Part shown: in pieces, positions 1-9,890 of the stretch
Numbering within the stretch: the first letter of the stretch is position 1
Layout: each line of letters starts with the position of its first letter
Assembly: GCA_030019215.1 (NCBI GenBank)
Contig: JASEEZ010000007.1
Coordinates: 2,521-66,520 of the forward strand
Reading direction: 5' to 3'
Length of the DNA stretch: 64,000 nt
Origin: Actinomycetota bacterium
GTDB lineage: Bacteria > Actinomycetota > Aquicultoria > Subteraquimicrobiales > UBA9087
The notes under the pieces: model-generated
The model's input: the letters and a program-made list of their open reading frames with translations, nothing else
Told to the model about the DNA's origin: nothing
The model's database searches: none
Position numbers and translations under genes: made by a program

Positions 1-1
1 G

Positions 2-382
2 CAGGAAGCGCAGGATGCCTACGGTTATCTTTCCGAGGACGTCCTTGAGGCGATTTCGACGGAGATGTCCGTTCCTTTAAGCCAAATATATGGTGTGACC
101 ACCTTTTACTCTCAGTTCAGACTCCATCCCCATGGTCGGGAGATAATCAAGGTCTGCCACGGCACGGCTTGCTATGTCAGTGGAGCCGAGGGGATCACCA
201 AGGGCATTGCCGAGGAATTGGGCATAAAAGTAGGTGAGACTACCAAGGATAGGTTGTTCACCTTGGAGTCGGTGGCCTGTCTGGGATGCTGCAGTTTGGC
301 CCCGGTGATGATGATTAACAAGGAGACCTATGGGCGCTTGACCTCTGATATTGCCAGAGGAGTGATCAAGAAATATGAGTAA
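2..382 (+). CDS. NuoE/HydC-like [2Fe-2S] NADH dehydrogenase 24-kDa-type subunit; the 5' end lies outside the window
   Basis: The frame is open from the window edge. Cys motifs VCHGTACYVSG and ACLGCCSLAP are present. The stop overlaps the start of the NuoF-like gene. Confidence 0.85.
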   Translation, partial: QEAQDAYGYLSEDVLEAISTEMSVPLSQIYGVTTFYSQFRLHPHGREIIKVCHGTACYVSGAEGITKGIAEELGIKVGETTKDRLFTLESVACLGCCSLAPVMMINKETYGRLTSDIARGVIKKYE

Positions 383-2201
383 AAATGTTAAGAAGCAAGA
401 AGCCGGGAATCAGGGACACGGAACCAGGAAACCATCAGCCCAAATTATAATTGGTCTGGGAACTTGTGGTATCGCTGCTGGAGCATGGGATGTCTGGACA
501 GCTTTTGAAAAGGAACTCAAAAAGAGGAAGGTCAAAGCCGAACTTAAGCAGACTGGCTGTATTGGTCTTTGTTACCGAGAGGTATTGGTGGACGTGGTCA
601 CTCCTCGTGGCAAGATCGCTTATGGAAATGTCACCCCCGCGATGGTTTCCCGCATCGTTAGCAGTCATCTAATTGCCGATAAGCCCATTGAGGATTGGAT
701 CGTGCTCGGCGATGGATATGAGACATCGGATACCGACTTTTTAGCGAGGCAGTACCGAATCGTTCTCAGAAATTGTGGGCAGATAGATCCCGAAGTCATT
801 GAGGAATACTTGGCTACCGGCGGTTATAAGGCTTTAGAAAAGGTTTTACGGGAAGTTCCTCCAGAAGAGGTTATTTCCATCATTAAACAGTCGGGTCTGA
901 GGGGTCGTGGAGGAGCCGGCTTTCCCACCGGCCGTAAGTGGGAGTTTACCCGAAGGGCTCAAGGTGACAAGAAATACATTGTGTGCAACGCGGATGAGGG
1001 GGACCCAGGGGCATTCATGGATAGAAGCGTGCTCGAGGGCGATCCCCATAGCGTTTTGGAGGGGATGCTCATCGCCGGCTACGCAATCGGTGCTGACGAA
1101 GGCTATATTTACGTGCGAGCCGAATATCCCCTGGCCGTCAAGCGTCTTAGGATCGCCATCTCCCAGGCGAGGGAGAAGGGCTTTCTGGGAAAGAGCGTAA
1201 TGGACACCCCCTTCAGTTTTGATATCAAGATAAAGGAGGGAGCAGGTGCCTTCGTCTGCGGAGAGGAGACGGCCCTGATCGCCTCCATTGAGGGCAGGCG
1301 AGGTATGCCTCGTCTTCGACCCCCCTATCCCGCCACTTCAGGTCTGTGGGGCAAGCCAACCTGTATCAACAACGTGGAGACCTTGGCGAACGTCGCCTGG
1401 ATAGTTTCGAATGGGGCGGCTGAGTTCGCCGCTATCGGAACAGAGAAGAGCAAGGGAACGAAAATATTTGCGGTGACAGGGAAGGTCAAGAATAGCGGTT
1501 TAGTTGAGGTGCCGATGGGCACGGCTCTGCGAGAGGTCATCTTCGGTATCTGTGGAGGGATCAAGGACGACGGCGAGTTCAAGGCGGTTCAGATCGGGGG
1601 TCCCTCTGGAGGATGCTTGCCCGCGGAGCTTCTCGATATAACCATCGATTATGAGTCCTTGACCGCCACGGGGGCTATTATGGGCTCCGGGGGGATGGTC
1701 GTGGCCGATCAGTCGACTTGCATGGTTGACCTGGCCAGGTTTTTCTTGGACTTTACTCAGAATGAGTCCTGCGGGAAATGTGTGCCCTGCCGGTTGGGGA
1801 CGAAACGAATGCTGGAGATGCTGACCCGCATCACGCGGGGACGGACTCGCGATGATGATCTGGAGCTTTTGGAGACGCTGGCCAGAGATGTAAAGGTAGC
1901 TTCCCTGTGTGGCCTGGGACAGACAGCACCAAATCCGGTCTTGACGACTTTGAAGTATTTTGGACATGAATATGATGTCCATATCAAGGAGAGAAGGTGC
2001 CGGGCCGGAGTCTGTACTGAGTTGGTTACTTACGCCATCAAAGACAATCTTTGCAAGGGCTGTGGAGTCTGCGTCAAACATTGTCCGGTGGATGCCATCA
2101 GCGGGGCGAGAAAAGAGGTCCACCACATAGACGAGTCGAAGTGCGTGAAGTGCGGGCTTTGTATGGAACATTGCCCCTTCGACGCTATCAACAAAGTCTA
2201 G
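375..2201 (+). CDS. NuoF/HydB-like NAD(P)H-binding flavoprotein with an N-terminal thioredoxin-like 2Fe-2S domain and a C-terminal 2x[4Fe-4S] ferredoxin domain
   Basis: Motifs seen: GRGGAGFPTGRKWEF (FMN/NADH site), ESCGKCVPCRLG, CKGCGVCVKHCP and CVKCGLCMEHCP. Confidence 0.9.
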   Translation: MSKNVKKQEAGNQGHGTRKPSAQIIIGLGTCGIAAGAWDVWTAFEKELKKRKVKAELKQTGCIGLCYREVLVDVVTPRGKIAYGNVTPAMVSRIVSSHLIADKPIEDWIVLGDGYETSDTDFLARQYRIVLRNCGQIDPEVIEEYLATGGYKALEKVLREVPPEEVISIIKQSGLRGRGGAGFPTGRKWEFTRRAQGDKKYIVCNADEGDPGAFMDRSVLEGDPHSVLEGMLIAGYAIGADEGYIYVRAEYPLAVKRLRIAISQAREKGFLGKSVMDTPFSFDIKIKEGAGAFVCGEETALIASIEGRRGMPRLRPPYPATSGLWGKPTCINNVETLANVAWIVSNGAAEFAAIGTEKSKGTKIFAVTGKVKNSGLVEVPMGTALREVIFGICGGIKDDGEFKAVQIGGPSGGCLPAELLDITIDYESLTATGAIMGSGGMVVADQSTCMVDLARFFLDFTQNESCGKCVPCRLGTKRMLEMLTRITRGRTRDDDLELLETLARDVKVASLCGLGQTAPNPVLTTLKYFGHEYDVHIKERRCRAGVCTELVTYAIKDNLCKGCGVCVKHCPVDAISGARKEVHHIDESKCVKCGLCMEHCPFDAINKV

Positions 2202-2220
2202 AGTGAACGGAGTGAGTGAG

Positions 2221-2658
2221 ATGAAGGTCAAGGACATAATGACCAAGGGAGCCGCTTGCATCAGCCCTGAGGCGTCAGCTCGGGAAGCCGCCTCCAAAAT
2301 GAGAGGGGAGAAGATAGGCTCGCTCTTGGTCGTGGACGAAGAAGGCAGGCTGCTCGGTATCGTCACCGACAGGATCATTGCCCTAGATGTCGCGGGGAAG
2401 GGCTTGGATCCACGGAAGACGAAGGTTAAGGATTTTATGGAGGAGAATATAATCTCCGTTTCCCCGGAGATGGATCTGGCGAAGGCCGCCAAGTTGCTGG
2501 AGGAGTTGGAGATCAGGTATTTGCCTGTGGTACGAAACGGTGAGGTTGTTGGTATCCTCTCGGTCTCGGACATCGCCCGCTTTGTTCAGGAATTCATCGA
2601 CTCAATTTTCGTCGAGCTGACCGAGAGGGTCAAAAAGAGGGAGAAAAAAAGAAGGTAG
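2221..2658 (+). CDS. CBS-domain pair protein
   Basis: ATG at 2221. Two CBS-like repeats are visible (VKDIMTKGAACISPE...GSLLVVDEEGRLLGIVTDRI and VKDFMEENIISVSPE...YLPVVRNGEVVGILSVSDI). Confidence 0.8.
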   Translation: MKVKDIMTKGAACISPEASAREAASKMRGEKIGSLLVVDEEGRLLGIVTDRIIALDVAGKGLDPRKTKVKDFMEENIISVSPEMDLAKAAKLLEELEIRYLPVVRNGEVVGILSVSDIARFVQEFIDSIFVELTERVKKREKKRR

Positions 2659-2668
2659 GAGAGCACGT

Positions 2669-5368
2669 ATGGCGCAGGTCAATGTTACTATCGATGGAAG
2701 ACAGATAAAGACGGAGTCCGAGAAGACCGTTCTTGAGGTTGCCAAGGAAAACGGCATCTACATTCCCACTCTCTGTCACGATCCCAGGCTCAAGCCGTAT
2801 GGGGCCTGTCGATTGTGCCTGGTCGAAGTCGAGGGAGCCAAGGAACCGCTTCTGGCCTGCGCCACCCAGGTGGCCGATGGGATGGTGATCGCCACCGACA
2901 CGGTGACCCTCCACGAGATCAGAAAAACCATCGTCGAGCTTTTGCTCTCCAATCACCCTCTCGATTGCCTGGTCTGCGAGAGCACCGGTCAGTGCGAGCT
3001 TCAAGATATAGCCTACAACCTGGGTATAGAGGAGATCCGCTTCGAGGGCGAGAGGCACACCTACACGATCGAGGATTTCAATCCCCTCATCGAACGTGAT
3101 CCGAACAAGTGCATCCTCTGTGGGCGCTGTGTGCGTATCTGCCAGGAGGTTCAACAGGATTTTGTCTACGACTTCGCCGAGCGCGGTTTTGAGACCATCG
3201 TCACCACGCCCTATGACCGCTCTCTCATCAAGACGCTGTGTGAATTTTGCGGTCAGTGTATTTCCACCTGTCCCACCGGGGCGCTGACCGAGAGATTGAG
3301 CAGATTCAAGGGGAGAGTCTGGGAGACGAAGAAGACCAAGACCATCTGTCCCTACTGCGGCTGCGGTTGCCAAATCGAACTCTACTCAAAGAATAGCGAG
3401 GTCGTCCGGGTTGGAACTGAGGTTAAGAGCGGGGTCAATAGCGGCAATCTCTGTGTCAAGGGGCGCTTCGGCTATGACTTCATTAATCATCCAGATAGGC
3501 TCACCGCTCCTCTGGTGAGGAAGGGCAGAAAGCTCAAGAAGGCGAGCTGGGAGGAGGCCCTTGATCTGGTTGCCTTGAAGCTTTCTGAGATCAAGAAAAA
3601 GCATGGGGCGGACTCCATTGCCTTCCTGTCCTCGGCTAAGTGCACAAACGAGGAAAATTACTTGATGCAAAAATTTGCAAGGGCGGTGATTGGCACAAAC
3701 AACATCGATCATTGTGCCCGGTTGTGACACGCCCCCACGGTGGCGGGGCTTTCCGCCGCGTTTGGAAGTGGAGCGATGACCAACACCATTGCCGACATAG
3801 CTCAGGCCAAGGCCATTCTGGTGATGGGCTCGAATACCACGGAGGCCCATCCCATTGTCGCCCTCTCTATCAAGCAGGCCGTCTCCGAGAACGGTGCAAA
3901 ACTGATCGTGATAGATCCCAGGAGGATAAGACTGGTCGACTACGCCCATCTGTGGTTGAGCCAGAAAGCGGGCACGGATGTGGCCGTCTTGAATGGTCTC
4001 ATGAATGTAATCCTCACCGAAGGGCTGGAAGACAAGCAGTTCATTGCCGGCCGAACTGAGGGATTCGGCGAACTCAAGAATGTTCTTGCTAAATACACCC
4101 CCGAATACGTCGAGGAGATATCAGGCATCCCCGCCGATTTACTGAGGGAGGCGGCACGCATCTTCGCTCGGTCCGAGAGGGGCTCCCTTATCTATGCCAT
4201 GGGCATCACCCAGCATACCACCGGCACCGACAACGTCCTTTCAATCGCCAATCTGGCGATGATGACCGGAAACATCGGCAAACCGGGTACGGGGGTGAAT
4301 CCCTTAAGAGGACAGAACAATGTCCAGGGCGCCTGTGATATGGGGGCGCTACCCGGATGCGTCAGCGGTTACCAGAATGTCTGCGATCAGAGGACCATAA
4401 CGAAGTGCAAAGACCTCTGGGGGGCCAAGCTTCCAGAGAAACCCGGCTTGAGTGTGGTCGAGATGTTCGAGGCCGCCCTCAGGGGTGAAGTGAAGGCGAT
4501 GCACATAATGGGTGAGAATCCGATGCTTTCCGATCCCGATCTCGGCCACGTTGAGAAAGCCTTAAGGAAGCTGGATTTTTTGGTTGTCCAGGACATCTTC
4601 TTGACGGAGACAGCCGAGTTCGCCGATGTTGTCCTTCCCGGGGTCACCTTCGCTGAGAGGGATGGCACCTTCACCAATACGGAGCGGCGGGTGCAGAGGG
4701 TTAGAAAGGCCATAGAGCCCGTGGGTGATTCCAGGCCGGATTGGGGGATAATCTGCGAGTTATCTAGGCGAATAGGATATAAGATGGACTACTCCTCCGT
4801 GGGGGAGATAACGGATGAGATAGCTTCATTTACCCCCACCTATGCGGGAATCACCTTTGAACGTGTGAGCAGAGAAGGAGTCCAGTGGCCTTGCCCGAAC
4901 CCCGACCATCCGGGTACTCCCATTCTGCACGCGGAGAAGTTCACGAGAGGTCTGGGTAAGTTTCATCCTGTTGAACACAAACCCCCGGCTGAGGAACCGG
5001 ATGAGGAGTATCCTCTCATTCTGACCACGGGCCGGTATCTCTTCCAGTATCACACGGGCACAATGAGTCGTCACTCGAGGGGTCTTGAGGAGATGTGCCA
5101 CGAGGCCCGGGTCGAGATCAACCCGGCCGATGCGGACAAGCTAAAGGTGAAAGAGGGAGATTGGGTTAAGCTTATCACCAGACGCGGGAAGATCAAAGTT
5201 AAGGCTTGCGTCACTGAGCGTGCTCCCAAGGGCACTGTCTTTATGCCCTTCCACTTCAAGGAATCGCCGGCGAACGTGCTCACCAATCCCGCCCTAGATC
5301 CCGTCTCCAAGATCCCGGAATTAAAGGTTTGTGCGGTGAGAGTGGAAAAAGCCGGGAGTCGTCAGTAA
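2669..5368 (+). CDS. fdhA: Formate dehydrogenase alpha subunit (NuoG-like Fe-S N-terminus plus Mo/W-bis-PGD domain), a selenoprotein with TGA at 3725-3727 read as Sec (residue 353)
   Basis: ORFs 2669..3727 and 3740..5368 are in the same frame. The junction reads [27 protein letters not shown], the conserved Sec/Cys active-site context. selA, selB and tRNA-Sec are present in the window. Confidence 0.85.
3728..3768 (+). promoter_or_regulatory. Candidate bacterial SECIS hairpin immediately 3' of the Sec TGA
   Basis: The sequence CACGCCCCCACGGTGGCGGGGCTTTCCGCCGCG can form GCCCC/GGGGC or GGCGG/CCGCC stems just after the UGA. I did not compute a fold. Confidence 0.5.
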
Positions 5369-5592
5369 AATCTCTAAATCCAAAATCCGAATTTCTAAAT
5401 CCTAATCCTTCGACTTCGCTCAGGATTACCCTGAGTTTACCGAATGGGTAAACAAATCCGAAACCCAAAACTCTAATTTTCCAACTTTGTTTTGAATTTT
5501 GGTTTTGGGGTTTTGCATTTCGTTTACCCCGTACAAAAATCGAAGATTTTCTACGGGGTTTAGAATTTGGTGCTTAGGGTTTTGAAATTCTT
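5369..5592. repeat. Degenerate heptamer array forming a long imperfect palindrome
   Basis: In-register 7-mers on the left (ctaaatc caaaatc cgaattt ctaaatc ctaatcc) and right (ttttgaa ttttggt tttgggg ttttgca tttcgtt). Left arm gggtaaacaaatccgaaaccc pairs with right arm ggggttttgcatttcgtttaccc. Confidence 0.8.
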
Positions 5593-5819
5593 CCTTCTTA
5601 ATTACCCCCTGACTCCCGGTTGCCCACTCCGACTTCCTAGTGTTCGAACCACCAGAAAGGTTTGACGGTTAAACCCAAGGCATTTCCTTCATTGCCCAGA
5701 CCGACTTTGACTCTGTCGATAATTTCGTTTTTTTGTTCGTTTACCACTTTGCATGGCGGTCTCCTTTTCGAGACGAGCTTATTCCTTTACCGCAATCAAA
5801 TCACAAGTGGATGAAATTT

Positions 5820-6428
5820 CTACTTGCCTGCAGTTTTTCCTCCAAATGCTTTTGCCGCGGGGCAGCTAATCTCTCTTTGTTTACAGTATTTGCAGGCGAA
5901 TTGTCCTCTTATCACCGCGTTGCCACCGAAGGAAAGGGCGATGAGAATTGCCAGGAGAACCACGAGAAGCCAGGAAAAGCTCCTCACCAGAAGTATGATC
6001 CCTCCAACGATCGGGAAAATGAAGACCAAAAAATCGGGTAGCATTTTGTACCAGGTGAATTCTTTTTCGGCGAATTTTTTTGGATCACCCTTTTTGAAGA
6101 ACAAAGGAGCCAATTTGCCTTTCCCCAGACCACAAACCTTGCCATAATAGTAGCAGTCCACGCAGCTTCCTTTGAGTACCTCAAACTCAGCCCAGAGGCA
6201 ATAAAGGAGGTAAAGGGCGGCTACCCAGATGCCGAATCCGGCGAGGATATAGGCACCCAGACCGTAGATTGAGACCGCAACCGAGGTGGATAGAAGAACA
6301 ATCCAGGCGGGAAAATTTTCATAACTTTCCAATTTTACCTCCTTCTCAAAATGGGTTCGACTTTGCTTACCCCTTTCCCTTCTTGCGCCTCGCCGGGCTC
6401 CTTTATTGCCTCGGGTAGTTTCCTTCAA
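5820..6428 (-). CDS. Hypothetical membrane protein with Cys clusters
   Basis: 202-aa ORF with about four hydrophobic segments and the motifs CVDCYYYGKVCG and CKYCKQREISCP. Confidence 0.6.
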   Translation of the reverse strand: MKETTRGNKGARRGARRERGKQSRTHFEKEVKLESYENFPAWIVLLSTSVAVSIYGLGAYILAGFGIWVAALYLLYCLWAEFEVLKGSCVDCYYYGKVCGLGKGKLAPLFFKKGDPKKFAEKEFTWYKMLPDFLVFIFPIVGGIILLVRSFSWLLVVLLAILIALSFGGNAVIRGQFACKYCKQREISCPAAKAFGGKTAGK

Positions 6429-6472
6429 GCTTTTCCGAGAAAAGTCCGATGTAAATAAGGAGAGGAATTTTT

Positions 6473-7251
6473 ATGCCCAGAATTTCACTGGTCATTCCGG
6501 CCTACAATGAAGAAAAATACCTTGGAAGAACGCTTGCGAGCGTCCTTGGCGCCGTTGAATTCTATGAGAGAGAGCGTGGCGGGGATGTCGAGGTCATTGT
6601 GGTTGATAACAATTCCACGGATAAGACGGCGGAGGTCGCCAGACGTTTCGGGGTTAGAATCACTCCCTTTAAAGCCAAGAATCAGATGGCCGCGGTGAGG
6701 AATGCGGGAGTGAAGTTAGCGCAGGGAGAAATCCTGACCTTCCTCGATGCCGACAGCCTTGTCAGCAAGAACGTTTTCGTCTGCGTGGATGAGGTCTTGG
6801 GTAGTGGGGAAATCATCGGTGGAGGAGTTGATATTCGCCCCGACAGTTTTCTCGACTCGATTTCAAACTCACTTTCGGGCTGCTCAGGTTCTTGTGCAGG
6901 CGTCTGAAGGTTGGCGGGGGACTATTTTATTTACACCGCAAAACCTTTGAGGCCCTCGGCAGATTTAATGAGACCCTCTGGGCGCTCGAGGATCTAGAAT
7001 TTGCTAAGCGTCTGAGGGACGAGGGAAAGAAACACGGGAAAAAGTTTAGACTTTTAAAGGATGCCTATATCCTTACCTCCACGAGGAAATGGGATAAGAT
7101 AAACGTCTCAAATGCCTACTTTGCGATCTTTAAATTTATCATCCCCATGATCTGGATGGCCCTTTTCGGTCCACGCAAGCGTTTCCTTGAACGTCTCTGT
7201 GACAGGGACTACTGGTACCGCTTCTACTATGATGCAGACGGTCTCCGGTAG
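6473..7251 (+). pseudogene. Family-2 glycosyltransferase split by a frameshift (or an assembly indel)
   Basis: The N-terminal part (SLVIPAYNEEKYL...VVDNNSTD...LDADS) and C-terminal part (GGGLFYLHRKTFEALGRFNETLWALEDLEFAKRL) lie in different frames. The second frame opens at 6832. C4 (6838-6841) and T4 (6847-6850) runs sit at the junction. Confidence 0.7.
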
Positions 7252-7388
7252 GCTATGCCGGGGTCTCATTCTCGCCTATTGCCCTCATTTTCCTCTTGAC
7301 TTTTCGAGGGCAAAACGCTTAACTAGATTAGGCCAGTCACTGATGTCTGGTATCCGCTGGTTTCGGAACTGGAACGGAGGTGTGTGAA

Positions 7389-7904
7389 ATGAAGCTCACT
7401 TTAAGGCAAGCGACCATCGCTGCCGTCCTCGCTGCTCTGATCGTCGTCCTCGATCTCCTGGGAATTGGGCGCATCCCCATGCCCACCGGCGTCGCCGCCA
7501 CTATTCTTCACATTCCCGTGATCATCGGGGGCATCCTGGAGGGTCCCATCGTTGGAGCGCTAGTAGGTTTCCTGTTTGGTCTCTTCAGTTGGCTGAGGCC
7601 GAGCAACCCAATCTTCGCTGATCCCCTGATCGCCTTTCTTCCCCGGATACTTATCGGGATAGTGGCTCACTATGTTTACAGGTCCTTTAAAGGTGAGACG
7701 GTGGGAGCAAGCGTTTCGGCCATTGCCGGGACTTTGACCAACACCGTGGGCGTTTTGGGGTTGATAGCCTACCGGGGATATCTTCCTCTGACGGCGATCT
7801 ATGCCATCGCTATTTCGCACGGCATTCCCGAGATCATCGTCGCCGTTATCATCACTGTTCCCGTAGTCAAAGCCCTAAGGAGGCTCGTTCAACCCCGCGC
7901 ATAG
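7389..7904 (+). CDS. ECF-transporter S-component-like small membrane protein (substrate unknown)
   Basis: About 170 aa with about six hydrophobic helices and a glycine-rich helix (GGILEGPIVGALVGFLFG). Confidence 0.55.
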   Translation: MKLTLRQATIAAVLAALIVVLDLLGIGRIPMPTGVAATILHIPVIIGGILEGPIVGALVGFLFGLFSWLRPSNPIFADPLIAFLPRILIGIVAHYVYRSFKGETVGASVSAIAGTLTNTVGVLGLIAYRGYLPLTAIYAIAISHGIPEIIVAVIITVPVVKALRRLVQPRA

Positions 7905-7975
7905 CGATAGACGGGCGGGTTAAGAAAAAGACCACTGTGGATGTTGGGCCGATCTCAGATGCGAGGGGCGTAAAT

Positions 7976-8881
7976 TTATACGTTCCGAGGCGCTCTTTCC
8001 CTTACCACAATGTTGAAACCCGCGAGAAGAATTAGCAGTCCTCCGAAGAGCGTTAAAATCCCCGGCACTTCTCCGAGAAATATGAGAGCGAAGACGATGG
8101 CGCTCAATGGGTCGAAGTAGGCGAGAACACCCGCGTGTTGTGCCTTGATGTCCTTGAGCCCGCTCAGGTAGAGGAAGGCGGCCAGGGCGGTGTGAACCAC
8201 CCCCAGGATGATGAGGAGAACCCAGGTAGTTGGGCTTATTTCTAAACGACTGAGGAAAAGAAAAGGGCTTAAAAGAAGGACCCCGATGAGGTCTTCGTAG
8301 AACATCATGGTCAGGATGGGCAGATGCTGAAGGAGAACTTTGGAGGCGATGACCAGCAACCCGTAACTTATAGCCGATCCAAGGGCGCAAAGTATTCCAG
8401 CTAGGTGTGAGCCTCCCAGAGCGAAGCCGAAGGGAGAGGCGATCAAGGCCACACCCAGCATCGAAAGTGCCAGGGAGAGGAAGGTCGCTCTCTCCAGAAT
8501 TTCCCTCAGAAAGAGCGAGGCGAAGAGGGCGATGAAGATTGGGGCAGTATAGGTGAGCAGGACGGCATTGGCTATGGTGGTGAGCTTCAAGGCGTAGAAG
8601 AAGAGAGTCCAGTTCAAAGTGAGGCCTATGCCGCAGAAGAGGAGCAGTCCCCGATGCCCCCGAACCCTCAACTGCTTTGCCTTTCCCTTTGCCAGGATTA
8701 AGACGAGGATGGTGATGGCGGCGAAGAGGATGCGCCAGGAGACTATTGCCGGAGCGGAAAGCGGTATTTTTCGAACGAAGACGCCGAGGGATCCCCAGAT
8801 CACCGCGGCGCAGGCGATCTTGAGGTAACCGATTCTGGTCCCCGCCAACGGCGGGGCTGCGGGGTTGGCGGAGGAGCCCAA
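7976..8881 (-). CDS. EamA/DMT-family transporter
   Basis: 301 aa, ten predicted hydrophobic segments, two-fold internal EamA-like repeat. The start is 1 nt after the hypE stop. Confidence 0.75.
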   Translation of the reverse strand: MGSSANPAAPPLAGTRIGYLKIACAAVIWGSLGVFVRKIPLSAPAIVSWRILFAAITILVLILAKGKAKQLRVRGHRGLLLFCGIGLTLNWTLFFYALKLTTIANAVLLTYTAPIFIALFASLFLREILERATFLSLALSMLGVALIASPFGFALGGSHLAGILCALGSAISYGLLVIASKVLLQHLPILTMMFYEDLIGVLLLSPFLFLSRLEISPTTWVLLIILGVVHTALAAFLYLSGLKDIKAQHAGVLAYFDPLSAIVFALIFLGEVPGILTLFGGLLILLAGFNIVVRERAPRNV

Positions 8882-8882
8882 A

Positions 8883-9890
8883 TCAACAGATCCTTGGCAG
8901 TTGTTCTCCCACGAGCATGTCCAGAATTCTCGTGGCCCCGATGATCGTTTTGGCCATCACTTTGCCTTTTGGTTCATCTACAACTTCGCCTATTACGGTG
9001 GCATCTTTTCCATATTTGTTCTCCCGCATGACCGTGACGAGCTTTTCGGTATCCTCGGGGGCAACGATGGCCACCAATTTACCCTCGTTGGCGATGTGGA
9101 AAGGATCGTAGCCCAGCATCTCGCAGGCGCCCAAAATTTCCTCCTTGATGGGCACCAGCTGTTCTTCGATAACGATTCCGACCTGCGACTGGTCGGCGAA
9201 TTCGTTCAAGGTACTGGCTAGCCCTCCCCTGGTTGGATCCCTTAAGCATCTAATCTTCTTGCTTGCCTGGAGTATCTCGGCGACGAGTTGGTTTAAGGGG
9301 GCGCAATCGCTGGCAAGCGTGGTTTTGAACTTCAGGCCTTCGCGGTGGCTCATGACGGCGATTCCGTGATCTCCGATTGTTCCGGAGAGTATCACTTTGT
9401 CCCCTGGTTTGGCGTTTGAGCCCGAGATGTCCGCATCGCCTGGAATGATACCCACCCCGGCGGTGTTTATAAAGAGCTTATCCGCTCCACCCTTCTCCAC
9501 GACCTTGGTATCCCCTGTGACGACTGCGACACCGGCTTCCCTCGCCGCTTCTGCCATGGACTCGAGGATGCCTTCGAGTTCGGTGAAAGGGAGACCCTCC
9601 TCCACGATGAAGGCGGCGCTGATGTATTTTGGGATGGCACCGCTCATGGCCAGGTCATTGACCGTTCCGCAGATGGCCAGTTTGCCGATGTCTCCCCCTG
9701 GGAAAAAGAGCGGGTCGACCACGTAAGTGTCGGTGGTGAAGGCGAGTTTTGCCTCGCCCAGATCGAGGGCGGCCATGTCGTCGAGCTTGGCCAGGATGGG
9801 GTTGTTAAACTTTTTCAGGAAGAGCTGTTTGATCAGGTCGTGCATCAATTTACCGCCACTTCCGTGAGCAAGCAGTATCTTGTCTTCCAC
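8883..9890 (-). CDS. hypE: Hydrogenase maturation protein HypE
   Basis: N-terminal LLAHGSGG, AIR-synthase-like body, C-terminal PRIC motif. Confidence 0.9.
   Translation of the reverse strand: MEDKILLAHGSGGKLMHDLIKQLFLKKFNNPILAKLDDMAALDLGEAKLAFTTDTYVVDPLFFPGGDIGKLAICGTVNDLAMSGAIPKYISAAFIVEEGLPFTELEGILESMAEAAREAGVAVVTGDTKVVEKGGADKLFINTAGVGIIPGDADISGSNAKPGDKVILSGTIGDHGIAVMSHREGLKFKTTLASDCAPLNQLVAEILQASKKIRCLRDPTRGGLASTLNEFADQSQVGIVIEEQLVPIKEEILGACEMLGYDPFHIANEGKLVAIVAPEDTEKLVTVMRENKYGKDATVIGEVVDEPKGKVMAKTIIGATRILDMLVGEQLPRIC

Noticed and set aside
1500-2573. 357-aa minus-strand ORF
   Set aside because: It lies entirely antisense to the well-supported NuoF-like and CBS genes. Its Ser/Pro/Arg-rich, low-complexity translation is typical of a shadow ORF.
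2630-3949. Minus-strand ORFs of 247 aa and 187 aa
   Set aside because: They are antisense to fdhA, with no recognisable motifs. They are shadow ORFs.
5690-5755. Short minus-strand ORF (21 aa, basic) with a GGAG RBS
   Set aside because: It is too short and low-complexity to support without expression or conservation data.
7252-7388. Possible riboswitch upstream of the ECF S-component gene
   Set aside because: There are short hairpins (ccag...ctgg) but no match to any riboswitch core I can recall (preQ1, THF, TPP, FMN). The evidence is insufficient.
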